The notes beneath the pieces were generated by a model. That model saw only the letters and a program-made list of their open reading frames with translations, did no database searches and had not been told where the DNA came from. DNA of 64,000 bases from NCBI GenBank assembly GCA_013333195.2, contig JABCPG020000005.1:1522-65521 (forward strand). The letters run 5' to 3'. Shown piece after piece: positions 22,801-32,420 of this stretch. This stretch comes from Bacteroidia bacterium (GTDB lineage Bacteria > Bacteroidota > Bacteroidia > Bacteroidales > CAJPTX01). Made by a program: the position numbers and the translations under genes. Positions within the stretch are counted from its first letter, which is position 1. Each line of letters starts with the position of its first letter.

Positions 22801-24246
22801 GTGCGAATCCTCAGAAAAATTGGACATCCGCTCCTACTCCTGCTGGCTGCCCTCCACGCAGGCTGCTCTCTCGACATCCCCATGGAGGATAAAGTGAGCG
22901 ACCCCAAGGCCATCTCTACCATCTCCACCATGCAAAGGGCCACCGCGGCCGCGTACTACTCCTACTCATGGCATAGCTACGACATCGTCTTTTCCATCCT
23001 CGCGGAGGAGTTCCAGCCCTCAACATGGCTTTCGCACCAGCCCGCTGACCGATTACGCTACCAGTGGGACGAGCGCAGCCTGCGCGATGAGGCCATCAAT
23101 CTCTGGACAGACCACTACCGAACCATCATGCTCTGCAACACCGTCCTCGAACGGGTGAAAGACGTCACAGCCTCCACCGGCGCGGAACGCTTGCAGCGTA
23201 ACGCCCTGCAAGGGAGCGTCATGCTACTCAAAGCGCGATGCTACCTACAACTGCTACAAATATTCGCCGCAGCACCCACAGGAGGCGACTTCTCCGGCGA
23301 GGGAATCATACTTCGCGACAAAGTGGTTTTCGAATTGCGACCGAGAAGCAGCGTAGAAAAATCGTTACGCACCATCGAAACGCTCATTTCAGAGGCGCTC
23401 GAACTTTTGAAAAACAACCCTGTAACCACCGAGGGGCAGGGCAGCTCCATCAACTGGCTCGACTACCACGCGGGGCTATTGCTACAGGCGCAAACCGCCC
23501 TATGGAAAAATGATTTCAACGGCGCTCTCAACGCCGCGAATGAACTGCTCAACCTAAAAGGGACTCTCATCGAAGGGAATGCAAAGGCGCGCTACGAGGC
23601 CATGTGGACAGCCAAAGGGGCCGGCGATGCCATCTACGCGTACGACCAAACCGACAAGCAACGCGGCGTACGCCTCTACATCAACGCCATACAATACGAC
23701 TCCGACAATGGCGACCTCTTCAACATCGCTGCCGGAACGGAGCTAGCGGCCAGCGACGTGCGCAAGCAGTTCTACGAAATACCATTCTTCATGCCAAACG
23801 GTGAGCAGGCGACGCTATGGGGAAAATACAACTACCTGAATCGGAATCGCATCGATTTCTTCCAAACCTACGACCTACGCGCCACGGAAGCCCTTTTCAT
23901 AAAGGGGGAATGCCTCGCGCAGCTAGGAAGGGAGCAGGAGGCCCACACCGAGCTAAACCGGTGGCTAAAAACCCTTAAAAGCCCGCCCCTAGATGCTTCC
24001 TTAACGGGCGACCCCTTGATACGCCAAATCCTACGCCTCAAAATGCAGGAATTTCGCGGCGAGGGCACCAGCTATTTCGACATCAAGCGGATGCACTGGC
24101 CCATAGCGCGCCTCCAAAGCAACGGGACCCCGGAGGGCAGCAAAATTGAAGCGTCCGACTTCCGCTGGGTATGGCCCATCCCAAGAACAGAGATACACGC
24201 CAATTCCGACTTGCGGCAGAACCCAGGCTGGGAGTCCGAAAGATAG
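22801..24246 (+). CDS. SusD/RagB-family outer-membrane lipoprotein
   Basis: 481 aa starting 2 nt after SusC. It has a lipobox (LHAGC) and TPR-like helical content; the size and position are typical of SusD partners. Confidence 0.85.
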   Translation: MRILRKIGHPLLLLLAALHAGCSLDIPMEDKVSDPKAISTISTMQRATAAAYYSYSWHSYDIVFSILAEEFQPSTWLSHQPADRLRYQWDERSLRDEAINLWTDHYRTIMLCNTVLERVKDVTASTGAERLQRNALQGSVMLLKARCYLQLLQIFAAAPTGGDFSGEGIILRDKVVFELRPRSSVEKSLRTIETLISEALELLKNNPVTTEGQGSSINWLDYHAGLLLQAQTALWKNDFNGALNAANELLNLKGTLIEGNAKARYEAMWTAKGAGDAIYAYDQTDKQRGVRLYINAIQYDSDNGDLFNIAAGTELAASDVRKQFYEIPFFMPNGEQATLWGKYNYLNRNRIDFFQTYDLRATEALFIKGECLAQLGREQEAHTELNRWLKTLKSPPLDASLTGDPLIRQILRLKMQEFRGEGTSYFDIKRMHWPIARLQSNGTPEGSKIEASDFRWVWPIPRTEIHANSDLRQNPGWESER

Positions 24247-24312
24247 GTGTAAACACAAACCGCTCCTTAACCCGCCACAAACCGAAATTTTTAAATAAGA
24301 GAGGGCCAAGCT

Positions 24313-25545
24313 ATGCGAAGAATACACACCCACCTCATCTCGATAACCCTACTCGCGTTCTGCCTATGCTCTGCGTGCAGGGAAGAAATCGATTATCGCG
24401 AATATACGGGTAGCAATGAGATTAAAGTTATCGCCGAGGAAACCGCTCTCACCCCCCAGCTTAACGATACGATTTCGGTAACCATCCTACGGGCCGTGGC
24501 GAAAGAAACGCAGGAACTAACCATTTCCGTAAACGATGACCCCGAGGGGTTCATCGAGTGCCCCACCGGCGTCTACTTTGAAGGTTCTGCACGCAGGACG
24601 ACATTTTATGTAACTCTAAAAAAGGGGATTACAGTCAGTAAAACTTTCTGGCCATCGCTGGCCATCGCGCTTCGCCCGCAGGGGAAGCCCTCAAAGCTAT
24701 ACCTAAGCGTCAGCAAGAGCAAACCCCAATATGCCCCCACAGAGGCGGAAAAGAACCTCATTGCCCTCTGGGAGAGTAGGGGTTACCCTCTCGGGAAGAT
24801 CCTGGGGAAACATCTACCGGTCGAACTCACCGTGAGCTGGCCCGCCAATGGGGGACTCGTGGACTTCAGGGACGCCGGGAGCAGCAGCTATAGGGGAGTG
24901 ACGATGCTCTCCCTGTCGCCGGTGGCAACGCAAGACTCCCTCGTGCTAAAATTCGATTGGAACGCGCTGGGACTCACCGAATTTTTCTATTTCGCCCTAC
25001 GTAAAATGACCATTGAGAACGATGAGTTCTGGCTAAGCCCCGGCGCAAACCCGCTCGTTGGAAAAGTGATGAAACTAATCGACTGGAATCGGCAATCGCA
25101 CGAGGAATTCGAATGCTCTCTCGATAGCGTGGCCATCGGCGCCAAGGATGCCAACGGCATCTCCAGGGTGAACACCATGCACGAAAATTTTAAAGACAAC
25201 ACGACCAACCCCGAGTATAACACCCCCTTCAACTTTCAGTACTCCGCCTGGGACCGCCTCCTGCACCTGATTCAGGCAGGCGATCCAACCGCCATCGAAT
25301 GCCAGGCCTCAATGGACACACCGTTCCCCAAACGCCACTTGAATACCGTCGACTTCCATCACTCCCGCAACCACGATCGGCTCCCCCCGTACGTGAGCGA
25401 ATACGACGACAAACCGCTACGGGAACAACGCGTATCCATCGACTGGAACACCGGCATCTTCTCGTTCGACATCCAAACGGGCCTCACCGACGTTACGAGC
25501 GACTACATTGACATCAAAGGGACCATCCAACTACCGTTAAAATAA
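24313..25545 (+). CDS. Hypothetical surface lipoprotein (third gene of the SusC/D unit)
   Basis: 410 aa with a lipoprotein signal (LLAFCLCSAC). Its position matches accessory surface-binding lipoproteins of Sus-like loci. No family recognised. Confidence 0.6.
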   Translation: MRRIHTHLISITLLAFCLCSACREEIDYREYTGSNEIKVIAEETALTPQLNDTISVTILRAVAKETQELTISVNDDPEGFIECPTGVYFEGSARRTTFYVTLKKGITVSKTFWPSLAIALRPQGKPSKLYLSVSKSKPQYAPTEAEKNLIALWESRGYPLGKILGKHLPVELTVSWPANGGLVDFRDAGSSSYRGVTMLSLSPVATQDSLVLKFDWNALGLTEFFYFALRKMTIENDEFWLSPGANPLVGKVMKLIDWNRQSHEEFECSLDSVAIGAKDANGISRVNTMHENFKDNTTNPEYNTPFNFQYSAWDRLLHLIQAGDPTAIECQASMDTPFPKRHLNTVDFHHSRNHDRLPPYVSEYDDKPLREQRVSIDWNTGIFSFDIQTGLTDVTSDYIDIKGTIQLPLK

Positions 25546-25694
25546 TCGAATCCAACGAGCCCCCCAGAGGCCATCGTCCAGAAAAGAAAAGTCTAACGTT
25601 TCAACAAAAAGCAACGGCTGAACGTTACAATTCGGTTGTGCCCTAGTCAACAGCCAACACTAACACACTAAAGAAGAGGACACAGAGTTTCATC

Positions 25695-28600
25695 GTGCTA
25701 ATGAATATGAAAAAGAAAAAAATCATTGCTATCTCCATAGCATGCCTCATCGCCGCCGGCGCGGTGGTTGCATGGCTTGCCTACCCGCGCCGGGTAGTGG
25801 TGGGATTCGCCAACACTCCAGAATTCATGTACAGCCGTATCGCGCAATCGGCCGACGCCGAGAACGTGGAAATCCGCAAGGTCAAAAACGTTAAGGAGTA
25901 CGCCGACTGCGACGCCGTATTCACCTTCGGCATGGGGCTGGACTGGGGCGAAGAGGAGAGGGCCGCCGTGCAAAAACTCATGGATAAGGGCCTGAAGCAC
26001 ATGACCCTAATGGCGCCGAATGCCGACAACAACATCTCCAACCTCGACTCGACGCAACAGTACACGTTCCTCGAATTCTTTGATAACGGCGGAACGGCGA
26101 ATTTCCGGAATGCGCTCTACTACGTACGCGAGAATGTACTAGGTAAGAAGCTTCGGAACGGCGCCGCCCTTGGCGAAGTTATCCGCTATGGTAGCGATGT
26201 GCTCTTCTCCAAAGATTCCGACGACCTCGCGTTCAACAGCGTCAAGGAGTACGAAGCCTATTACCGGGAGCACGGAATGAAGCCGGGCAAACCCAAAGTG
26301 GCAGTGTTCACCAGCATCATTAGCCCGTTCAACAGCGACAGGCAGTACCTCAACGAGATTCTACAAGGCCTTGAAAACGTTGGCTTCAACGTGTACGGCG
26401 TGAGCGCATGGACGCAAAAGCTTGAAATCTTGCAGGAAATCTCCCCGGACCTCGTGGTGGTGTTCCCCCACGGACGATTCGCCATGGGGAACTCGCAGGC
26501 CCTAATAGATTGGCTAAAGACCCGCAACATCCCCATGCTTGCGCCCCTAACGCTCACCACCCTACGCAGCGAATGGGAAAAAGACCCCAAAGGCATGGTG
26601 GGAGGCTTCTTGAGCCAGAGCGTGGCGGTGCCAGAACTCGACGGGGCCATCGAACCCTTCGCGCTCACCGCGCTGGAGGAGGAAAATGGGCTTCAGGTAT
26701 TTAAAACAATCCCTGGCCGTCTCGAGCAATTCTGCAATCTCGCAAAAAAGTACGTCGCCCTACAGAAAATGCCTAACAGCGAGAAAAAAGTCGCGATCTA
26801 CTACTACAAAGGCCCCGGGCAGAATAGCCTCGTCGCGCAGGGACTCGAAACCCTACCCTCGCTCTACAACACGCTCTTAAGCCTTCGCGAGGCAGGATAC
26901 AACGTCGCAGGGCTACCCGAAAACTTAGCAAAATTCAAAGAGGATGTCATGCAGCGCGGCGCCCTATACATGAGCTACGCCGAGGGAGCCCTGGGAAATT
27001 TCCTCACGAGCGGAATGCCCGCCTTCGTCCCCACAGACTCTCTAACAAAATGGATCGAAAAAACATTCCCCGCGCCCATCGTTGACAGCATACGCAGCCA
27101 CTACGGGAAAGAACCCGGCGTATACTACGCGTACGAACAGAATGGACAATCGGGCATCGGGGTCCCGCGCATCGAGTACGGCAACGTGGCCATCCTCCCG
27201 CAACTCGGCACCGGCGCAGGGGAGGTGGATTTCAACATGGTACACGGCTCCATCGCCGTGCCGAGCTATCCCTACATCGCCTCGTACCTATGGACTCGGA
27301 ACGCCTTTCATGCCGACGCGCTCATCCACTTCGGCACGCACGGCAGCCTAGAGTTCATTCCTGGTAAGCAAATCGCCCTGAGTAGCAACGACTTCTCCGA
27401 CAGGCTCGTCAACGACATCCCGCACATATACTACTACACAACCGCCAACGTGGGCGAAGCAATCATCGCGAAACGTCGGAGCTACGCGCAGCTCGTAAGC
27501 TACCTCGCCGTGCCTTTCATGGACACAGAGCTTCGAAACGACCTCGCGAAAATCAACGGCCTCATCGAGAAGTACCTCAGCAATAGCAAAGACGACGAAC
27601 AGCTAAGCCTAAAAATCAAGGCAGAAGTGCTTAGCGCCGGTTTTCACCGCGACCTAAAACTCGACAGCGTGGCAAGTAAACCCTACAGCCGCACGGACAT
27701 CCAGATAGTCGATAATTTCCTTAGCGAGCTGATTTACGCCAAAATCCCCGGAGGGATGTACACCACCGGCGTAAGCTTTAGCAATGATCGGATCATGCGC
27801 AGCGCAAGGTTGCTGAGCGTCGATCCCATCGCTTACGGGCTAAGCTACCTCGATCTCGCCCGCGGAAAAATTTCAAACGAACAGTATAAAAACGAAGCGT
27901 ACTTCCGCCACCACTACCTACCCATTGCCTCGCGCCTAGTGGAGCGACTCCAGCAGTCATCATCAATCGACGTGACGCAGGAAATGCAACGGCTGGGCGT
28001 AACGAACGCGGAGCTTCTCGCGCTCGAGCAGAACCAGCGCAAAATGCCAGCAGGCATGGCCGCCATGCAGCAGGCTATGGCTCGTATGGCGAAGAGCATG
28101 GCGAAAACCAATGGCGCCGCCCCGCACCCCACCGCGGCGACACAGCCCCCCCATGGGCCTAACGCCCACCCGGGCGCCATGCCTCCGCATGGGCAAATGG
28201 ACCAGACGCAGAAGCCCCAGGGGCACCCCGAAGCAACCACCGATGGGGCAACAGGAGCAACCCCGCCCTCCCCAGACTCCACGCATGGGGCCCAACGCCC
28301 CGCCACCCCGGCACACCCTCAAAAAGATCCTAGCGCAACCCCCGACGCGCAGAAGGCACAGGGACACCCGGGTATGCCCCCGCAGCACCACCCGACAAAC
28401 GGAGCGAGTACACACACCCAGCACTCCGGAACCGCAACGGACGGCGCCACAGGGGCAACTGCAACCAACCAGGACGCAGCGCGTAACCCCCAGCATGGTG
28501 CTACTCCTGCCCACCCGCAGAACGGAGGCAACGCCCCGCACGGCGCGCAAATGCCGAAAGGACACCCAAACACTCCCGCTGGCGCAAGCGCAATGCAGCA

Positions 28601-30386
28601 CCCGGGCGGTATGCCTCCGCATGGCGCCAAAGGGCAACAGGAAGCGGCGAATGCAAACGCCCAGGGCAACGCAGCCAATACCATAGGTGAAAAACAGCTC
28701 GAAGCCCTCGAAATGCTACGCGACGGCATCGCCAAGGTAAAGCACTACGAGCATATGCTCCGCGTGAGCCCCAAGATCGAGCTAACTTCACTTCAGAACG
28801 CGCTCAACGGAGGATACACGCTTCCATCCCCGGGTGGCGACTACATATCCGACCCGCAGGTTCTACCAACCGGGCGTAACCTGTACTCCATCAATCCGGA
28901 AAACACTCCCTCAGCAAAAGCGTGGGAAAGGGGAAAGGCTTTGGGAGACGAGCTTATAGCCGACTACCGTAGCCGGCACAACGATGCCTACCCTCGCAAG
29001 GTGAGCTTCACGCTCTGGAGCAGCAGCTTCATCGAGAGTGAGGGTACAACCATCGCTGAAATTTTCTACCTCCTCGGTGTGGAGCCCATCCGCGACCGGA
29101 TGAATCGCGTGCTCGACGTTCGTTTAATGGACGAGCAGGAGCTTGGGCGCCCCCGCATCGATGTGGTGGTGCAGACATCAGGGCAGCTGCGCGACATTGC
29201 CGCCTCCCGGCTATTCCTCATTCAGAAGGCCGTGCAGCTCGCGGCGGAAGCACCCAAAGGCCAATGGGGCAACGAGGTGGCGCAAGGCATTGCGGATGCC
29301 GAGAAAATGCTGCTCGAAAAGGGCCTAACGCCAGCAGCAGCCCGCTCGCTAAGCCAGGCGCGCGTATTCGGTGGCCTTAATGGGAGCTACGGCACCGGGA
29401 TACAACCCATGGTGGAGGCCGGCGACCGGTGGGAAGACCGCAGCGAAATCGCAAACGTCTACCTCCACAACATGGGGGCCATCTACGGCAGCAGCGAAGA
29501 GTGGGGAAAATTCACTGAGGGTGCCTTTGCCGCTGCGCTGCTAAACACCGATGCCGTGGTGCAACCGCGGCAGAGCAACACGTGGGGCGCGCTAAGCTTG
29601 GACCACGTCTACGAATTTATGGGTGGACTCACGCTGGCCGTTAGAGAGGTAACGGGCAAAGACCCGGAGGGTTACATGAGCGACCTGAGAAATCGACACC
29701 GCGCACGCACCCAAGAGCTGAAGCAGGCTGTAGGCGTCGAGGCGAGGACAACGATTCTGAACCCCGCCTACGTGCGAGAACATCTTAAGGAAAGCGCCGG
29801 GGCTGCCGATGCAATTGCGGAAACCATTCTCAACACCTACGCGTGGAACGTAATGAAGCCCAGCATTATCGACAAAGAGCTATGGGACGGCATCTACAGC
29901 ATGTATGTAGCCGACGATAAGAAGCTCGGGACCGTTGAATTCTTCACCCGTGAAAATCCCGCGGCGCTACAGGAATTTACGGCAGCCATGCTCGAAACCG
30001 TGCGCAAAGGCATGTGGAAGGCATCAGCCGAGCAGATTAAACAGATTAGCGAGCTGCACACGGCATCGGTGGCCGCGGCGGGCGCAGGCTGTAGCGGTAT
30101 GGTGTGCGACAACGCCAAACTTCGCGAATTCATCGCCCAGCAGCTGCCCGCGGAGAAGCGCGAAGCGTATAAAAAGGCAATCGCCTCCGTGCGGGAGCAG
30201 CAGGCGCTGACGAAAGAGCAGGAGGGCCGAGCCAAAGTGCTGACGAAAGAGAGCAAGGCCGAAACCCATGGCCAGACGGCAACGCAACGCGAGGAGAACA
30301 GCAACGCGCTGCTATGGGTAGTGCTCGCGTCTGTGGCCATCGTGCTGATTGCCGTTCTACTCGTAACGCGCAAGCGCAAAAAGTAA
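25695..30386 (+). CDS. CobN/Mg-chelatase-family protein (HmuS-like), membrane-tethered, with a His/Pro/Gln-rich insert
   Basis: About 1560 aa. CobN-type blocks lie on both sides of the insert (e.g. HFGTHGSLEFIPGK, VLPTGRNLYSINP, FTLWSSSFIESEGT, VVQPRQSNTWGALSLDHVYEFMGG). There is an N-terminal hydrophobic anchor and a C-terminal TM helix followed by RKRKK. The start could be the GTG at 25695 or the ATG at 25701 or 25707. Confidence 0.9.
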   Translation: MLMNMKKKKIIAISIACLIAAGAVVAWLAYPRRVVVGFANTPEFMYSRIAQSADAENVEIRKVKNVKEYADCDAVFTFGMGLDWGEEERAAVQKLMDKGLKHMTLMAPNADNNISNLDSTQQYTFLEFFDNGGTANFRNALYYVRENVLGKKLRNGAALGEVIRYGSDVLFSKDSDDLAFNSVKEYEAYYREHGMKPGKPKVAVFTSIISPFNSDRQYLNEILQGLENVGFNVYGVSAWTQKLEILQEISPDLVVVFPHGRFAMGNSQALIDWLKTRNIPMLAPLTLTTLRSEWEKDPKGMVGGFLSQSVAVPELDGAIEPFALTALEEENGLQVFKTIPGRLEQFCNLAKKYVALQKMPNSEKKVAIYYYKGPGQNSLVAQGLETLPSLYNTLLSLREAGYNVAGLPENLAKFKEDVMQRGALYMSYAEGALGNFLTSGMPAFVPTDSLTKWIEKTFPAPIVDSIRSHYGKEPGVYYAYEQNGQSGIGVPRIEYGNVAILPQLGTGAGEVDFNMVHGSIAVPSYPYIASYLWTRNAFHADALIHFGTHGSLEFIPGKQIALSSNDFSDRLVNDIPHIYYYTTANVGEAIIAKRRSYAQLVSYLAVPFMDTELRNDLAKINGLIEKYLSNSKDDEQLSLKIKAEVLSAGFHRDLKLDSVASKPYSRTDIQIVDNFLSELIYAKIPGGMYTTGVSFSNDRIMRSARLLSVDPIAYGLSYLDLARGKISNEQYKNEAYFRHHYLPIASRLVERLQQSSSIDVTQEMQRLGVTNAELLALEQNQRKMPAGMAAMQQAMARMAKSMAKTNGAAPHPTAATQPPHGPNAHPGAMPPHGQMDQTQKPQGHPEATTDGATGATPPSPDSTHGAQRPATPAHPQKDPSATPDAQKAQGHPGMPPQHHPTNGASTHTQHSGTATDGATGATATNQDAARNPQHGATPAHPQNGGNAPHGAQMPKGHPNTPAGASAMQHPGGMPPHGAKGQQEAANANAQGNAANTIGEKQLEALEMLRDGIAKVKHYEHMLRVSPKIELTSLQNALNGGYTLPSPGGDYISDPQVLPTGRNLYSINPENTPSAKAWERGKALGDELIADYRSRHNDAYPRKVSFTLWSSSFIESEGTTIAEIFYLLGVEPIRDRMNRVLDVRLMDEQELGRPRIDVVVQTSGQLRDIAASRLFLIQKAVQLAAEAPKGQWGNEVAQGIADAEKMLLEKGLTPAAARSLSQARVFGGLNGSYGTGIQPMVEAGDRWEDRSEIANVYLHNMGAIYGSSEEWGKFTEGAFAAALLNTDAVVQPRQSNTWGALSLDHVYEFMGGLTLAVREVTGKDPEGYMSDLRNRHRARTQELKQAVGVEARTTILNPAYVREHLKESAGAADAIAETILNTYAWNVMKPSIIDKELWDGIYSMYVADDKKLGTVEFFTRENPAALQEFTAAMLETVRKGMWKASAEQIKQISELHTASVAAAGAGCSGMVCDNAKLREFIAQQLPAEKREAYKKAIASVREQQALTKEQEGRAKVLTKESKAETHGQTATQREENSNALLWVVLASVAIVLIAVLLVTRKRKK

Positions 30387-30391
30387 GTTTA

Positions 30392-31111
30392 ATGGCGGAC
30401 CTACTGCTCTCACTAAGCCTTTTGGGCGTGGTATCTCTCGTTTTCCGTGAGGTATATCGGAGGGAGTGGCTTCGGGTGGCGCATGGGGTGGTCTACGCGG
30501 CTTTGCTGTGGATTGCCCACCCCATGCTCCTCGAAACGAGCAAAAAAACGCTCGACATCTACCTCTCCAGCGCCGGCGTGCAGACCAACCTACTACTGCT
30601 CCTTAGCGTCGACTTAATACTCCACGCGGGCAGCATAGCAAACTGGCATTTAAGGGAAGCGCACCGCTCGGGAGCATTACGCCCCGCGTGGGACCTCGCG
30701 GAGGGCGTAATGCGCGTTGCGTGCCGCATCGCGTACTACATCCCCCCGCTCTGGCCCGCAGCCTCCCTGGTGTACATTCGGCTAGCGCTGCTTTATGCCT
30801 GGCCCGGGGTATCCTTCGAGGGGGTAACAGTGGGCCTCATGGCCGTAGCCGTTGCGCTTAGTAGCCTCGCGCCCTGGCCGCTCCGCGGATTGAAGGCACG
30901 ACCAGAAATATCGTACGCCCCCATGGCTTCGGCCGTGCTGGCTTTTCTCCTAGCGCAGCTCTTTGCGCCCGGCGCAATGGCCATCGCGCCCAACCACAGC
31001 TATTTCGATAAGACGCAACTCCTAGGGAGCCTACTTTTCCTAGGCGCATTAGTCCCAATCGTGGCAGCCGCGTACTGGCTACGTATGCGTAACCGTTCTG
31101 AAAATAAATAG
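30392..31111 (+). CDS. Polytopic membrane protein (position equivalent to HmuT)
   Basis: The start was trimmed to the ATG at 30392, 5 nt after the CobN stop. The product is 239 aa with about 6 hydrophobic helices. No family recognised. Confidence 0.6.
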   Translation: MADLLLSLSLLGVVSLVFREVYRREWLRVAHGVVYAALLWIAHPMLLETSKKTLDIYLSSAGVQTNLLLLLSVDLILHAGSIANWHLREAHRSGALRPAWDLAEGVMRVACRIAYYIPPLWPAASLVYIRLALLYAWPGVSFEGVTVGLMAVAVALSSLAPWPLRGLKARPEISYAPMASAVLAFLLAQLFAPGAMAIAPNHSYFDKTQLLGSLLFLGALVPIVAAAYWLRMRNRSENK

Positions 31112-31121
31112 AAAGAAAAAT

Positions 31122-31760
31122 ATGGATTTCGTATCAAATGTCATGTTCTGGATCTCCAACAGCCTGCTCGTCCCGGTGATGGTAGGGCTCGTGTTACTGT
31201 TCTTACTCTCTCTCGTTATGATTGGGAGCCTGCTGGCGGAGCAACAGAAGCAACGGCAAAAAAAAATCAAGTACGAACACCTGTTCCAAGAGCTGGGTAG
31301 CAGCAGTAAATTGCTGCACCTAAGGCAGTCGCTCAGCAATGCAGCCAAAAAGCAAGCCTTTGAGGGGGTAGCCCTCGCGCTCTTCGACGCATCCCCAGCG
31401 CAACGCGACCTGCTAATCGGCGATTTCGAACTGCGCCAGCAAAAAAGCAACACGAAGGGGAAACTCCTCGCGAAGTTCGGCCCTATACTCGGGCTTATGG
31501 GAACGCTTATCCCCATGGGGCCGGCGCTGGTGGACCTAAGCACAGGGGAGGTGGCAAGCATGGCGTACAACATGCAGGTGGCCTTCGCAACCACCGTTCT
31601 CGGCATGTTTTCCGCAGCTGTGGGGTACTTTTACCTTCAACTCGTGACTCGCTACCAACACCAGGATCTCCTCTGGCTGGATTACCTCAACGAAAGTCTA
31701 ACAGAGCACATACCAACGGCAGAGCAGAGCAAAGAGGCAAGCAACACCCTAGCACAGTAA
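31122..31760 (+). CDS. MotA/TolQ/ExbB-family proton-channel protein
   Basis: 212 aa with an N-terminal TM and two C-terminal TM segments. The segment FGPILGLMGTLIPMGPAL matches the ExbB/TolQ G-x-x-GT-V/I-x-GM type motif. Confidence 0.8.
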   Translation: MDFVSNVMFWISNSLLVPVMVGLVLLFLLSLVMIGSLLAEQQKQRQKKIKYEHLFQELGSSSKLLHLRQSLSNAAKKQAFEGVALALFDASPAQRDLLIGDFELRQQKSNTKGKLLAKFGPILGLMGTLIPMGPALVDLSTGEVASMAYNMQVAFATTVLGMFSAAVGYFYLQLVTRYQHQDLLWLDYLNESLTEHIPTAEQSKEASNTLAQ

Positions 31761-31769
31761 AAAAACATC

Positions 31770-32102
31770 ATGAGAAAGGGAAGAAGAAACTTTTCATACG
31801 AGGAGGAAGATCCTTCATCGTTGCTATCCAACCTGTTCGACGTGGCGATGGTCTTCGCGGTAGCCCTCATGGTGGCGCTCGTCACCAAATTTAACATGAC
31901 TGAGGTGTTTAGCAAAGAAGACTACACGATCGTGAAGAACCCCGGCAAAGATAACATGGAAATCCTCGTGAAGAAGGGAGAAAAGATAGAACGCTACCAG
32001 GCGAAGGACCAAAATTCCACGGAGGGCAAAAGCAAAGGGAAACGTGTGGGAATTGCCTACGAGCTTGAAAATGGCGAGATTATATACGTCCCTGAAGAGT
32101 AG
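31770..32102 (+). CDS. Small single-TM ExbD-like / DUF2149-like protein
   Basis: 110 aa with one TM (LLSNLFDVAMVFAVALMVALV, like the ExbD N-terminus) and a short soluble tail. It lies immediately downstream of the MotA/ExbB-like gene. Confidence 0.6.
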   Translation: MRKGRRNFSYEEEDPSSLLSNLFDVAMVFAVALMVALVTKFNMTEVFSKEDYTIVKNPGKDNMEILVKKGEKIERYQAKDQNSTEGKSKGKRVGIAYELENGEIIYVPEE

Positions 32103-32125
32103 GGCTAACGCATTCTGCAAAACGT

Positions 32126-32157
32126 AATCGGCTAGCGGATCGCTAGCCGATTTTTTA
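32126..32157 (+). terminator. Rho-independent terminator closing the CobN-ExbB-like operon
   Basis: A perfect 12-bp stem, AATCGGCTAGCG (32126-32137) with CGCTAGCCGATT (32141-32152), has a GAT loop and is followed by a T-run. Confidence 0.85.
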
Positions 32158-32420
32158 TTCCAAACCGCACGCACGGGACGGCAAAAAAATTAGCACTCAC
32201 CCCGGGCGAATGACCGATTAAAACAGATTCACGTTTCGGAACCCACCAGCACCGATAGCCCCTTGCAACCGGGACGAAAGAGCACCCAAGGGGAACAAAA
32301 CCTAAAGGGACCTCTTGGCGCACGCGCCTTTCTGCGCATCCATACCACGGCAATAGTCCCTCTCAACGCGCCGAGCAACGCGCGCGAGCCGCCCCGGCTT
32401 CGCATCAAAGTCATACCTTC

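Noticed and set aside
27963-28735. Long ORFs in other frames and on the opposite strand across the CobN insert (27963..28637 -, 28111..28686 +, 28319..28735 -, 27914..28306 -).
   Set aside because: They are Arg/Gly/Pro/Cys-rich and lie entirely inside a well-supported CobN reading frame. They arise because the GC-rich low-complexity DNA lacks stop codons in several frames.
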